A program made the position numbers and the translations under genes. From the NCBI GenBank assembly GCA_018900995.1, contig JAHIFH010000012.1, positions 1-47,373 of the forward strand: a stretch of DNA of 47,373 nt. The letters are read 5' to 3'. Positions 1 through 8,004 of this stretch are shown one piece after another. This stretch comes from Patescibacteria group bacterium. GTDB lineage: Bacteria > Patescibacteriota > Microgenomatia > PFEM01 > JAHIFH01. The notes under the pieces were generated by a model, which worked only from the letters and a program-made list of their open reading frames with translations, was not told the DNA's origin and did not search any database. The number at the start of each line of letters is the position of its first letter. The stretch's first letter is position 1.

Positions 1-373
1 TTAAACTTTTTTTGGCCACATCAGGATAAGAACAGTTAGAAATGGGATTGATAATTCTTTTAATTTTAAATTTCCTGGCACATTCAAATAAATTTAAATT
101 AATCAAACTATTGTTATAAAAAATTTCTCCCTCATGTTCCATGCCAAACTTAATCCCTCCCACAAAAGCGGCACAATTTATTAGAACTGAAGGTTTATTT
201 TTACGAAAGAATTTTTCAGTTTGATGTAAATCTCTAAAATCAACCCCTAAACTTTTAGCCGTCATCGTATAAGGACAATCAATTTCTCTCAATCTCCTCA
301 CTACCCTTTGGCCTACAAAACCTGTTCCTCCCGCCACCATAATTTTTTCTTTTTTTAAGTTGGTTATCTTCAT
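1..373 (-). CDS. NAD-dependent sugar-nucleotide epimerase/reductase (GDP-L-fucose synthase-like), N-terminal part; continues past the left edge
   Basis: Not in the ORF track. My own minus-strand translation from ATG 373-371 gives MKITNLKKEKIMVAGGTGFVGQRVV...LINCAAFVGGIKF...PISNCSYPDVAKKSL, open to base 2. It has a GGTGFVG Rossmann motif and an SxCxYP motif typical of the extended-SDR Fcl/WcaG type. Confidence 0.65.
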   Translation of the reverse strand, partial: MKITNLKKEKIMVAGGTGFVGQRVVRRLREIDCPYTMTAKSLGVDFRDLHQTEKFFRKNKPSVLINCAAFVGGIKFGMEHEGEIFYNNSLINLNLFECARKFKIKRIINPISNCSYPDVAKKSL

Positions 374-422
374 AAAGGATTATTTTCCCAGGGACTTATC
401 TTACATTATAGTCCTCTCCTGA

Positions 423-1247
423 CTACAAAAATTTTCTGATTTTGTTAAATAGCCAAAGTTTTTGATTTGGAGTAATTATTGGCATCACCACAGTTATAAA
501 AAGCAGAAAAGTATAAATTCTATCCCAAATTGACGCTTGATATAAATCATAAAACTTTTTTCTTGCCTTAATTGTTTTAAATTCCATTGCTCTTAATCCA
601 CCCACTGTCATCGAATCAGAAACAACTCGATACTTGATTAACTTATCTTTTAGATTGGCAAATTTTGCCTGTAAGCCTATCCTAAAATAGAGTTCATAAT
701 CCTCTGCCGGATTGTAATAATGGTTATATAGCCCAGAATCAGTCAACACCGCCTTTCTAATTATAACTGCCGGATGACAAAAAGGACTATATCTGAAAAT
801 CTTTTTTCTAATTTTTTCGTCTGTCGTGTGATAGCTTCGTTCCCCCGTCACTCTTCCTGACGCATCCGTAATGACCATTGTCCCTCCAGAAACACCTACT
901 TCGGGGTTTGCTTCCATGAACTTAACTTGTTTTTCAAGTCTGTCCGGAAATGAGATATCATCAGCATCCATTCTGGCAATATATTTCCCTTTAGCCACCC
1001 TTATGCCTCTGTTTAAAGTCCGGCTTAGTTTTAAGTTCTTATTATTCCTAAAGGCAATTACCCTTTTATCAATCTTACGATATTTATTAATAATCTGCCA
1101 AGTTTTATCCGTCGAACAATCATCAATAATGATTAGTTTAAAATTCTCGAAAGTCTGGTTTAAAATACTTTTAATCGCCTCAGAAATGTATTTCTCTGCA
1201 TTGTAGGCAGGCATAATCACAGAAACCAAAGGATTAGTGTTTCTCAT
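423..1247 (-). CDS. GT2 family glycosyltransferase
   Basis: VSVIMPAYNAEKYISEAIKSILNQTFENFKLIIIDDCSTD and RMDADD (DxD) motifs are classic GT-A/GT2. Confidence 0.9.
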   Translation of the reverse strand: MRNTNPLVSVIMPAYNAEKYISEAIKSILNQTFENFKLIIIDDCSTDKTWQIINKYRKIDKRVIAFRNNKNLKLSRTLNRGIRVAKGKYIARMDADDISFPDRLEKQVKFMEANPEVGVSGGTMVITDASGRVTGERSYHTTDEKIRKKIFRYSPFCHPAVIIRKAVLTDSGLYNHYYNPAEDYELYFRIGLQAKFANLKDKLIKYRVVSDSMTVGGLRAMEFKTIKARKKFYDLYQASIWDRIYTFLLFITVVMPIITPNQKLWLFNKIRKFL

Positions 1248-1330
1248 TTCTCTGTCGATAGAAATTAAAATCTTTCTTTCTACTAAAAAATTTCCAAGCC
1301 AGCAAAGTGTAATATCTAAACCTATCCCAG

Positions 1331-1555
1331 TTAGTTAAGCCTTCTTTCAATTTTCGCTCCATCGCGTTTGACACGACCATATTTTTTGGCGATCTCTAAA
1401 GTCTTATCTGTCGACCCCCCATGAGCAATGATAATTTCAATTTTGTTTTTTGGATAATCTTGTTCAACTATTGATTTAAGACACTTCCCTAAAACACTAG
1501 CAGCGTTTAGTGTAGGAATTAAAACAGAAATGGATGGCAAGTTTTTAGATACCAT
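1331..1555 (-). pseudogene. Truncated GT2 glycosyltransferase remnant (N-terminal ~60 aa only)
   Basis: ISVLIPTLNAASVLGKCLKSIVEQDYPKNKIEIIIAHGGSTDKTLEIAKKYG then stops. There is no DxD region, and the canonical VDGGS is changed to AHGGS. 83 nt of non-coding sequence follow. Confidence 0.55.
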
Positions 1556-2003
1556 TAAAACCCTCTAAACTAAAATTACTTAATAAACGATAAATAAAAG
1601 AATAAGCCCAAAAGGGAGCAGGAACAGCAAAGCTATCCCAAAGCAAATGACCTAAATAAGAGAGTGAAATTGCCCACTCCAGACCATCAATCTTCAACTT
1701 CCTGCCTATTCCCTTGCCCAATAACCAAGAAAGAATAACAAATTCCCAGCCATGGAGGAGAACGTATATTTTACCAGCAGGCTCCATATAGCTACCAACA
1801 TCAAAAAAGTTTGAAAGATTAACCCCTAAGCCAAAGTAAGAAAAATAATCAAACCAGTGGTCAACATCAATGAAAATTCCGAACACGAAAGACGCGAAAA
1901 TCAGGCGAAAATCGCGAAAGCGCCAAAAAAGAAAAATGGCAACTAAAGCTGTTAAAACAAGGTGAATTATTTCGTGTCCAAAAAAATTTAAGTGGGCGCT
2001 CAT
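1545..2003 (-). CDS. Small polytopic membrane protein, YdjM/DUF457-like putative metal-dependent hydrolase
   Basis: Four to five hydrophobic helices with a His/Asp pattern: GHEIIH, IDVDHW, LLHGWE, GHLLWD. Confidence 0.45.
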   Translation of the reverse strand: MSAHLNFFGHEIIHLVLTALVAIFLFWRFRDFRLIFASFVFGIFIDVDHWFDYFSYFGLGVNLSNFFDVGSYMEPAGKIYVLLHGWEFVILSWLLGKGIGRKLKIDGLEWAISLSYLGHLLWDSFAVPAPFWAYSFIYRLLSNFSLEGFNGI

Positions 2004-2056
2004 TTTAGTTCTCTATCGACATTCTTGTTTTTATTTGCTATATTATTGATAATTCG

Positions 2057-2086
2057 CCCCGTATGCATGCATACGGGGGCTTTTTT
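2057..2086. terminator. Perfect 22-nt palindrome CCCCGTATGCATGCATACGGGG followed by T6 on the plus strand
   Basis: Read directly: palindrome at 2057-2078, T-run at 2081-2086. It lies between two minus-strand genes, and the T-tract is on the plus strand, so its role as a minus-strand terminator is uncertain. Confidence 0.35.
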
Positions 2087-2088
2087 AT

Positions 2089-2700
2089 TCAATACTTCTT
2101 TCTCTTCGCAATGATATGCTTTATAGAAACCAAATCTATAAACTCAGGACCAACCAATTTTTTAAGCGAAATGGCTGTAGATCGGGTCTCTCCAATTATC
2201 CTTACCTCTCTTCCCTTCTTCATTAGGAACTCAACTAATGGATAAAAATCTCCATCTCCACTAATCAGAATCATCTTGGAGTAATCGGAGACATGTCTCA
2301 TAGCATCAAATGTTAAATCTACATCACAATTAGCTTTTTGTTCTGGAGGACGGTAGATTTTTTTCTTAAAAACATGGCCACATTTCGGGCACTTACTCTT
2401 TCTCTCAATCGGTTTTTTCCTATAAATTCTCAGCTCTTTTAATCTTAAAATATATCCAAATTTTTGGAGTTTATTGAACTTATTCTTCGTTAAAGACTTA
2501 ACGCCAGCGTAGAAAAATATTTTAGAAGCTTTATAACGTGAGTTGAGATATTTTGAGAGTTTTTGATAATTAATTTCCCATTTCCCGGTTCTCTTAGCCC
2601 CATAGATTAAATTGGAAACATCAATAAAAACATAAGTTTTATTAGGCAATTTCTTCTCACTTGACATCTTTGTTTTTGTATTATATAATACAGCCAACAC
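2089..2700 (-). CDS. NYN-domain (LabA/DUF88-like) predicted RNase with a CPKCGH knuckle insert
   Basis: YVFIDVSNLIYG, NCDVDLTFDAM and LISGDGDFYPLVEFL are NYN/LabA signatures. The start may instead be ATG 2667 (MSSEKKLP...). Confidence 0.7.
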   Translation of the reverse strand: MLAVLYNTKTKMSSEKKLPNKTYVFIDVSNLIYGAKRTGKWEINYQKLSKYLNSRYKASKIFFYAGVKSLTKNKFNKLQKFGYILRLKELRIYRKKPIERKSKCPKCGHVFKKKIYRPPEQKANCDVDLTFDAMRHVSDYSKMILISGDGDFYPLVEFLMKKGREVRIIGETRSTAISLKKLVGPEFIDLVSIKHIIAKRKKY

Positions 2701-2702
2701 CT

Positions 2703-2737
2703 AAAGAGAGATTCGTTCGTAGAGTCTCTCTTTTTTT
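2703..2737. terminator. Hairpin AGAGAGATTC-loop-GAGTCTCTCT plus T7
   Basis: A2705-A2711 pairs with T2725-T2731, extended by T2712:G2724, T2713:A2723 and C2714:G2722. The T-run is 2731-2737 on the plus strand and the A-run is on the minus-strand side. It lies 10-40 nt past the radical SAM stop codon. Confidence 0.4.
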
Positions 2738-2746
2738 ATTTCAACC

Positions 2747-4231
2747 TCATCTTCTGCCGAAATCAGCTAAATGCCCTAAGACTTTTCTGCCTGCCATTGA
2801 AATAAACTTTACATCGTCCAAACTTCTTATACTAATCAACCTTTTAATAATAAACCTTGGATCAAAAGCAACTTTATAAATTTCCTGAACTAACCTCTTC
2901 AGTTCGCCATCTTTCATTTTGGTTTTCAAAACAGGCCTACGCATATCATATCTATCCCAATTTAAAGTCTTCAGCCAGTCTTTCTCCTTAGCCTCCCTAA
3001 ACAGAGCTGTACCTGGATACGGGATTATTAAAGTAGCCTGCAATGTATCGGCATAGCCTTTTTTTAACAGCTCTCTTCCAAGCCTAACAGTTTCCAGAAC
3101 ATCCCTTCTGGTTTCCCATGGAAAACCCAGCATTATTGTGAGATGAGGAGATAATCCAGCTTTTTTTGCTTTCTTACAAGAATCTGTTATTTGCTCTACT
3201 TTCAAGTTTTTATTAATCTTGTCCAAAGTTTCCTGATTAGCTGATTCCAAACCAAACAAAAGCATCCTAAAACCTGCTTTTTTCATTAGTTTATAGTCAT
3301 CAAAACTACAAGCACCAAAACGCATATTACAACTAAAATCAATTTTTTTATTATAGCCCCTTTTTATCATTAGCCTACAGAATTTTCTCAGCTGATCCCC
3401 AACAATAAAGGTCCCGGTGTCATCAAACACAGTTTTAACTCCATAGCTGTCTATTAAAAAGCCAATCTCATCAATGAGCAACTCTGGTTTCCTAGCTCTC
3501 CAAGTGGGAAAGAGAGTCGTCCAACTACAAAAAGTGCAACCACCTTTTATCCTGTGCCAACAATCCCGCCCGGCCATGATGTAGGTACCGGGAGTTCGTT
3601 TATAATTTCCATTCTCATAAGCATAAAGTCTCCACTTAGTCAGTTCCCTATTAATAAAAGGCAACTTATTTAAATCATGATTTAAAAGAAATTTACCAGT
3701 GTTTTTAACTTTCTTTCCCTCCCGATAATAAATACCTGGTTCAAGTTTAGAAGTTTGAAGTTTGGAGTTTGGAGTTTGGAGTGAATTACAAAGATTAAGC
3801 AATAGAAAATCATAATCTCCGCCGGTTAAAACAAAATCAACTTTGGATTTTTCAAATGATTCCTCGGGCAGGGCAGTAACATGGTCACCAACGAGAACAG
3901 TGATCAGTGACCAGTGATCAGTGACCAGTGATTTTAGGTCATTAATAATTTCCCAATGTTTTTTAACCACTGGGGTTTTGGTTTCCATAACAATTAAATC
4001 CGGCTTTTCTCTTATTATCTCCTTTAACCATTTTTGATAGCTCCATTTTTCGGCAATACCGTCAAGCCAAACAACATCGTAGCCGGCATTTTTTAATAAA
4101 GTTGCCGCATAAGCAGGTACCATCGGATAAATATAAGTCGGATTATGAAAAACCTGATATTGCCGGTTTTGAGATAGCAAGGGTGTCCCTTTAATATCGT
4201 CAAATGGGGGATAGGTTATTGCTATTTTCAT
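2747..4231 (-). CDS. B12-binding-domain radical SAM enzyme (class B-like)
   Basis: N-terminal flavodoxin-like region (DLIVMETKTPVV...VLVGDHVTALPE). Cys cluster GRDCWHRIKGGCTFCSW. LLFGLESANQETL and TIMLGFPWET motifs match the radical SAM barrel. Confidence 0.8.
   Translation of the reverse strand: MKIAITYPPFDDIKGTPLLSQNRQYQVFHNPTYIYPMVPAYAATLLKNAGYDVVWLDGIAEKWSYQKWLKEIIREKPDLIVMETKTPVVKKHWEIINDLKSLVTDHWSLITVLVGDHVTALPEESFEKSKVDFVLTGGDYDFLLLNLCNSLQTPNSKLQTSKLEPGIYYREGKKVKNTGKFLLNHDLNKLPFINRELTKWRLYAYENGNYKRTPGTYIMAGRDCWHRIKGGCTFCSWTTLFPTWRARKPELLIDEIGFLIDSYGVKTVFDDTGTFIVGDQLRKFCRLMIKRGYNKKIDFSCNMRFGACSFDDYKLMKKAGFRMLLFGLESANQETLDKINKNLKVEQITDSCKKAKKAGLSPHLTIMLGFPWETRRDVLETVRLGRELLKKGYADTLQATLIIPYPGTALFREAKEKDWLKTLNWDRYDMRRPVLKTKMKDGELKRLVQEIYKVAFDPRFIIKRLISIRSLDDVKFISMAGRKVLGHLADFGRR
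3744..3783. repeat. Heptamer tandem array AGTTTGR (one 8-mer plus four 7-mers plus a partial unit)
   Basis: AGTTT starts at 3744, 3752, 3759, 3766 and 3773. It is translated on the minus strand as LQTPNSKLQTSKLE inside the radical SAM ORF. Confidence 0.85.
3898..3932. repeat. Heptamer tandem array CAGTGAY x5
   Basis: cagtgat cagtgac cagtgat cagtgac cagtgat read directly. It encodes SLVTDHWSLIT in the B12-binding domain. Confidence 0.9.
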
Positions 4232-4255
4232 TTTAGATTTTTTCTTTACTCCTCT

Positions 4256-5008
4256 TCACTGCGCTTTCTTTCCTGTAATAAAAGGTTGCAGATTCTCTTT
4301 TACTCTAATTCTAGTTGATTCCAAGAAACTTCTCCAATTTCCTTCTAACAAATCAGCACAATCCTGAATCAGCTCACTTGCTTTTTGAATGTCTACTTTA
4401 TCTTTCTCTGGCAGTCCACTTACTTGTCTTGCCCAAATTCTTGCCAAGCCCTCAGCAGAAGTCAAATCCTCGGGTCGATAGAAATTTTTGAAAAGGGTTT
4501 CAACCATCACCCTAACTTTAGTCTCATTCTTCTTAAATTCTTCTGCCAATAAATGGCTAATTTCCTTAATGTCGACTTCTCTTAAGATTTTTTGAACCTC
4601 CTTCACTAACTCTGGCTCGTTTTGAACCAGCAACCAATCAATTGCTAAACCAACATAGTTATGAAGTCTTATTTTGGCTACTTCTCTACTAACAGAGTTA
4701 GCTTCGCTTATTTCTCTTAGTAATTGACTCCGTTTTTCACCCACCAACTGCTCTGATTCTTTGCCAAATTTATCAGCCCCAAATTCAACCCCATAAGACA
4801 ATAAACCCAAAGCCAAATCTCGCTTCTCAGGATAATTCTTATTAAGATATTCGAGCAATTTCCTTCCACCCTCGTGAAACTCTTTATATTCAAAAACATC
4901 ATTGGGGATGTAGGGAAGCATTTCCGGCAGAAAGGCTCCAGCAATCAATAGCTGGTTATCACCATCAACAGCGCGAGTGGCAATGTAAGCATGTCCTAAA
5001 ATCTTCAT
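4256..5008 (-). CDS. Hypothetical all-helical protein (possible metal-dependent hydrolase)
   Basis: 250-aa ORF starting 24 nt downstream of the radical SAM gene's upstream end. It has an N-terminal MKILGHAYIA and several conserved-looking His residues. No family recognised. Confidence 0.5.
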   Translation of the reverse strand: MKILGHAYIATRAVDGDNQLLIAGAFLPEMLPYIPNDVFEYKEFHEGGRKLLEYLNKNYPEKRDLALGLLSYGVEFGADKFGKESEQLVGEKRSQLLREISEANSVSREVAKIRLHNYVGLAIDWLLVQNEPELVKEVQKILREVDIKEISHLLAEEFKKNETKVRVMVETLFKNFYRPEDLTSAEGLARIWARQVSGLPEKDKVDIQKASELIQDCADLLEGNWRSFLESTRIRVKENLQPFITGKKAQ

Positions 5009-5059
5009 CTTTTTTTTCGATCTGGATTATTTTATCATAGATTCACGAGGAAGCTCTCA

Positions 5060-6178
5060 ATGAACTGCAAGTCGGTCTTTTTTAGGATTTACGGTTTTTT
5101 TCTCATCTTCATCCTGGCAGTCAATATTGGTCGAGGATTTTTATCGTTATGGTTCATTCAAAATGGATTCGGTTTTCCCCAAATAACCCTTTTTTATTTC
5201 ATTGCTTTCCTTGTTCCCTCACTTATTCTCTTATTCGCTAAAAAATTTTCTACTGCTAGAAGTTTTACTATTGCTTTAATTTCAGAAATTCTTTTGATGT
5301 TATCTGTTTTTCATTTTCATCACCCTCTTCAGCTATATTTTGCCGGAGTTTTCGCCGGCGCAACCGTCGTTTTCTTTTACATCACCTACAATACTCTCTA
5401 TTTTGAAAATACCCCAAAAGATAAAAGAGCTTTTAGTTCCAGCCTTTTTACTCTTGCCGGTCCATTTTTGGGAATTCTTGTTCCTCTTGCCGTAGGTTTT
5501 TTCGGACAAAAATGGGGGCTTTCATCAATCTTCTTGGTTGCTGCTTCAATTTATCTAATCAACCTTTATCTCATCAGATTTTTGCCTAAAATTGAAATCG
5601 AATGTAATCTTCGCCAAAACTTGATAAAAACCAGTCGAATAAATTTTTTGCTCCTTCTTGAAGGAATTAAAGAATCGGTATATTTTGCCGCCATTCCCAT
5701 TTTCACCCTCTTTTTTATCAACCAGCCTCTCCCCTATGGCGCTTATTTTAGTTATCTTGCTTTTATTTCCATCGCTGCCACTATGTTTTTTGGATTCCTT
5801 TCTGACAAATTTAAAAAAAGAGCCATCATTCTTTACCCTGTAACCATCATGGTAGCTTTGACCATCATTGCCCTCGGTTTCGCCCAAAGTCTTTCCTGGT
5901 GGACAATAATCTCAGGCGCCCTAGGCTTCCTTTTGGTTCTCAATGGTACTTTTGTCACCACTTTAGTCCTGGATCAGGTGTCTGAGGTTAAAGTAGGAAT
6001 GATCAGTAGAGAATTTTTACTGGGTGTTGGTAGGACAATTGGTATGGCTATTGTCTTTGCCTCTCTCGCCTTATTTAATTCACCAAAACTAGCTCTAATT
6101 CTTATTGGTTCACTATATCTTCTCTTCCCTCTAACTGTCTATGTCAAGAAAATTTATCAAAAAGGATTATTGTCTTAA
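5060..6178 (+). CDS. Polytopic membrane transporter, MFS-like
   Basis: About 11-12 hydrophobic helices with a central loop. Assignment is weak and made by topology only. Confidence 0.45.
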   Translation: MNCKSVFFRIYGFFLIFILAVNIGRGFLSLWFIQNGFGFPQITLFYFIAFLVPSLILLFAKKFSTARSFTIALISEILLMLSVFHFHHPLQLYFAGVFAGATVVFFYITYNTLYFENTPKDKRAFSSSLFTLAGPFLGILVPLAVGFFGQKWGLSSIFLVAASIYLINLYLIRFLPKIEIECNLRQNLIKTSRINFLLLLEGIKESVYFAAIPIFTLFFINQPLPYGAYFSYLAFISIAATMFFGFLSDKFKKRAIILYPVTIMVALTIIALGFAQSLSWWTIISGALGFLLVLNGTFVTTLVLDQVSEVKVGMISREFLLGVGRTIGMAIVFASLALFNSPKLALILIGSLYLLFPLTVYVKKIYQKGLLS

Positions 6179-7195
6179 TTTTGGGGAGAAAAATCCTTTG
6201 ATAAACAAAACTCCATAAACAAGATGGGTAACAAAAATCGAAGGCACTATCAATAAGGCAAGTCTGAGATTTCTTTCTTTAAGATAAACTTCGGCAACTG
6301 TAATCAAGAGTAATAGGAGGTAAACAAAAACTGAAAATAAATATAAAAGAAAAAGAGGAATTGAAATTATACAAAGCTGAAAAATCTCCAGGACAAAGAT
6401 TAAAAGCGGTCCCCCAAAAAGTCCCAAAACAAAAATCGTCGGCATAAAATAACCAATTCGGAAAGAAGTCTCCGGTAAAATCCTAGCAAAATGACCTCGA
6501 TGAATGGCATAGCGAGAGATTTGTTTTAAATGGGGTCCAAAAACTTCTCGACGATGATGATAAACAAGAACTTTTGGGTCATAAATAATTTTCTTTTTCA
6601 ATTTTTTGGTTAAAAGCAGACATAAGCGCGTGTCCTCGCCTGGCCAGAAATGGGAATCAAATCCGCCAACTTTGACAAAGTCTCTTTTTCTCACTAAAAA
6701 ATTAACGGTTGGGTAGTCGTCGATTTCTTTTCTAGGATAAATTGCACAACGATAAGTCCCTGCCCCACTGCTCCCCAACCAAGTCGACCAAACATATCCC
6801 GAGGCTTTTTGACGGAGATTATTATGCGGCGGGGTTAAACTGGGTCCACAAACAGCAGCAATTGGCTGGTGACTAGTGGCTGGTGGTTGGTGACTGGTGA
6901 AAATTTTAACCGCATTTTTCAGCCAATTTTTGTCAGGATAGGAGTCATCATCTAAAAAAGCGAGAATTTCACCCTTTGCTTTTCTAGCGCCGATATCTCT
7001 TTTATCCGCTGGTCCGGTTTTTGGATAAGTAGGGATAATTCTGGTTTGGGGAAATCTTTCTTTTGTTTTCTTATCAGGGAGGATGATAATCTCGAAGTTT
7101 TTATAAGTCTGTTTTAGAATCGCGGGAATCGTTTCTTGACGAAGATAATCATTTATTTTTTTAACAGGAATAATGATAGAAACCTTAGGAGTCAT
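6167..7195 (-). CDS. GT2 glycosyltransferase with C-terminal transmembrane helices
   Basis: VSIIIPVKKINDYLRQETIPAILKQTYKNFEIIILPD and FLDDDSYP (DxD). The C-terminal ~100 aa are hydrophobic. Confidence 0.85.
   Translation of the reverse strand: MTPKVSIIIPVKKINDYLRQETIPAILKQTYKNFEIIILPDKKTKERFPQTRIIPTYPKTGPADKRDIGARKAKGEILAFLDDDSYPDKNWLKNAVKIFTSHQPPATSHQPIAAVCGPSLTPPHNNLRQKASGYVWSTWLGSSGAGTYRCAIYPRKEIDDYPTVNFLVRKRDFVKVGGFDSHFWPGEDTRLCLLLTKKLKKKIIYDPKVLVYHHRREVFGPHLKQISRYAIHRGHFARILPETSFRIGYFMPTIFVLGLFGGPLLIFVLEIFQLCIISIPLFLLYLFSVFVYLLLLLITVAEVYLKERNLRLALLIVPSIFVTHLVYGVLFIKGFFSPKLRQ
6864..6898. repeat. Heptamer tandem array GRYTRGT x5
   Basis: ggctggt gactagt ggctggt ggttggt gactggt. It encodes TSHQPPATSHQP. 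Confidence 0.9.
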
Positions 7196-7200
7196 TAAAA

Positions 7201-8004
7201 TTAGCTAATATCGGCTTTAAAATTTAAATCCGGATCATGGCGCCATTTCCGTTTATTATGACCGTCGTAATAGCGAAGAATTTTGAGGCGGTAAAAAACT
7301 GCCAAAGTATCTACAAGCATACCCCAAATTGTCCCAGTCCCTATGCTGGAATATTTTAGTCTTCTGGCATCCATTTCTACCGGACCATCATGAATTTTTT
7401 CAAATCCCAACCTCTTGGCTACTGACAACATCTCAATATCAAAAGCAAAATTTTTCACTAAAAGACGCGGCAAAACCTTTTCCAGAGCTTTCCTTTTGAA
7501 AATCTTCAAACCTCGCTGGCTATCAGTAATCCGCAATCCAAAAAGCCATTTAGTCAGGACATGATACCCCCAACTTAAAATTTTCCTTTTCAGGGGATAC
7601 CCATAAACTTTAGAAGCTGAGTGGCGAATGGAGCCAACGATAATATCGGAACCATACCAAATCATATGTTCCAAGAGTATCGATAAACCATTGGGGTCAA
7701 TATCCATTCCGGCATCAATAAAGGCAATTAGATCCCCTTTTGTTTTTGCCATCCCGTATCGGACTGCATGTCCTTTACCTTTATTTTCCTTGTAGCCAAT
7801 GACCTTTAGTTTTTTAGATTTAACCTTCTTAGCATTTTCATAAGTTTTATCTACTCTTCCATCAATTACACAAATAATTTCATAATCATAACGAATCTGC
7901 TTGAGGACTTCCTCAATCCGCTGAAGGTCTTTTTTAATTGTCTTTTCCTGCTTATAGGCGGGAACGATAACTGAAAGTAGGTGCTTTTTTGGTTTTGTTA
8001 TCAC
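7201..8004 (-). CDS. GT2, polyprenol-phosphate sugar synthase-like (DPM1/GtrB type)
   Basis: LSVIVPAYKQEKTI..., ENKGKGHAVRYGMAKTKGDLIAFIDAG. It overlaps the upstream flippase ORF by 53 nt, so the start is uncertain. Confidence 0.75.
   Translation of the reverse strand: MITKPKKHLLSVIVPAYKQEKTIKKDLQRIEEVLKQIRYDYEIICVIDGRVDKTYENAKKVKSKKLKVIGYKENKGKGHAVRYGMAKTKGDLIAFIDAGMDIDPNGLSILLEHMIWYGSDIIVGSIRHSASKVYGYPLKRKILSWGYHVLTKWLFGLRITDSQRGLKIFKRKALEKVLPRLLVKNFAFDIEMLSVAKRLGFEKIHDGPVEMDARRLKYSSIGTGTIWGMLVDTLAVFYRLKILRYYDGHNKRKWRHDPDLNFKADIS

Noticed and set aside
871-1206. Nested or antisense ORFs in the track, for example 871..1206, 5555..5887, 17410..17610, 26191..26397, 34008..34328, 36324..36644, 42683..43172 and 44624..44872
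   Set aside because: Each lies wholly inside a longer ORF with clear family motifs. They have low-complexity or hydrophobic mirror-image composition typical of AT-rich antisense frames.
6864-6898. Thr/Ser/Pro-rich repeat peptides (TSHQPPATSHQP) as O-glycosylation acceptor sites for the GT39 enzymes
   Set aside because: Most hosts are cytoplasmic GT2/GT4/radical SAM domains, which are not accessible to extracytoplasmic GT-C enzymes. The composition is a by-product of the heptamer sequence.
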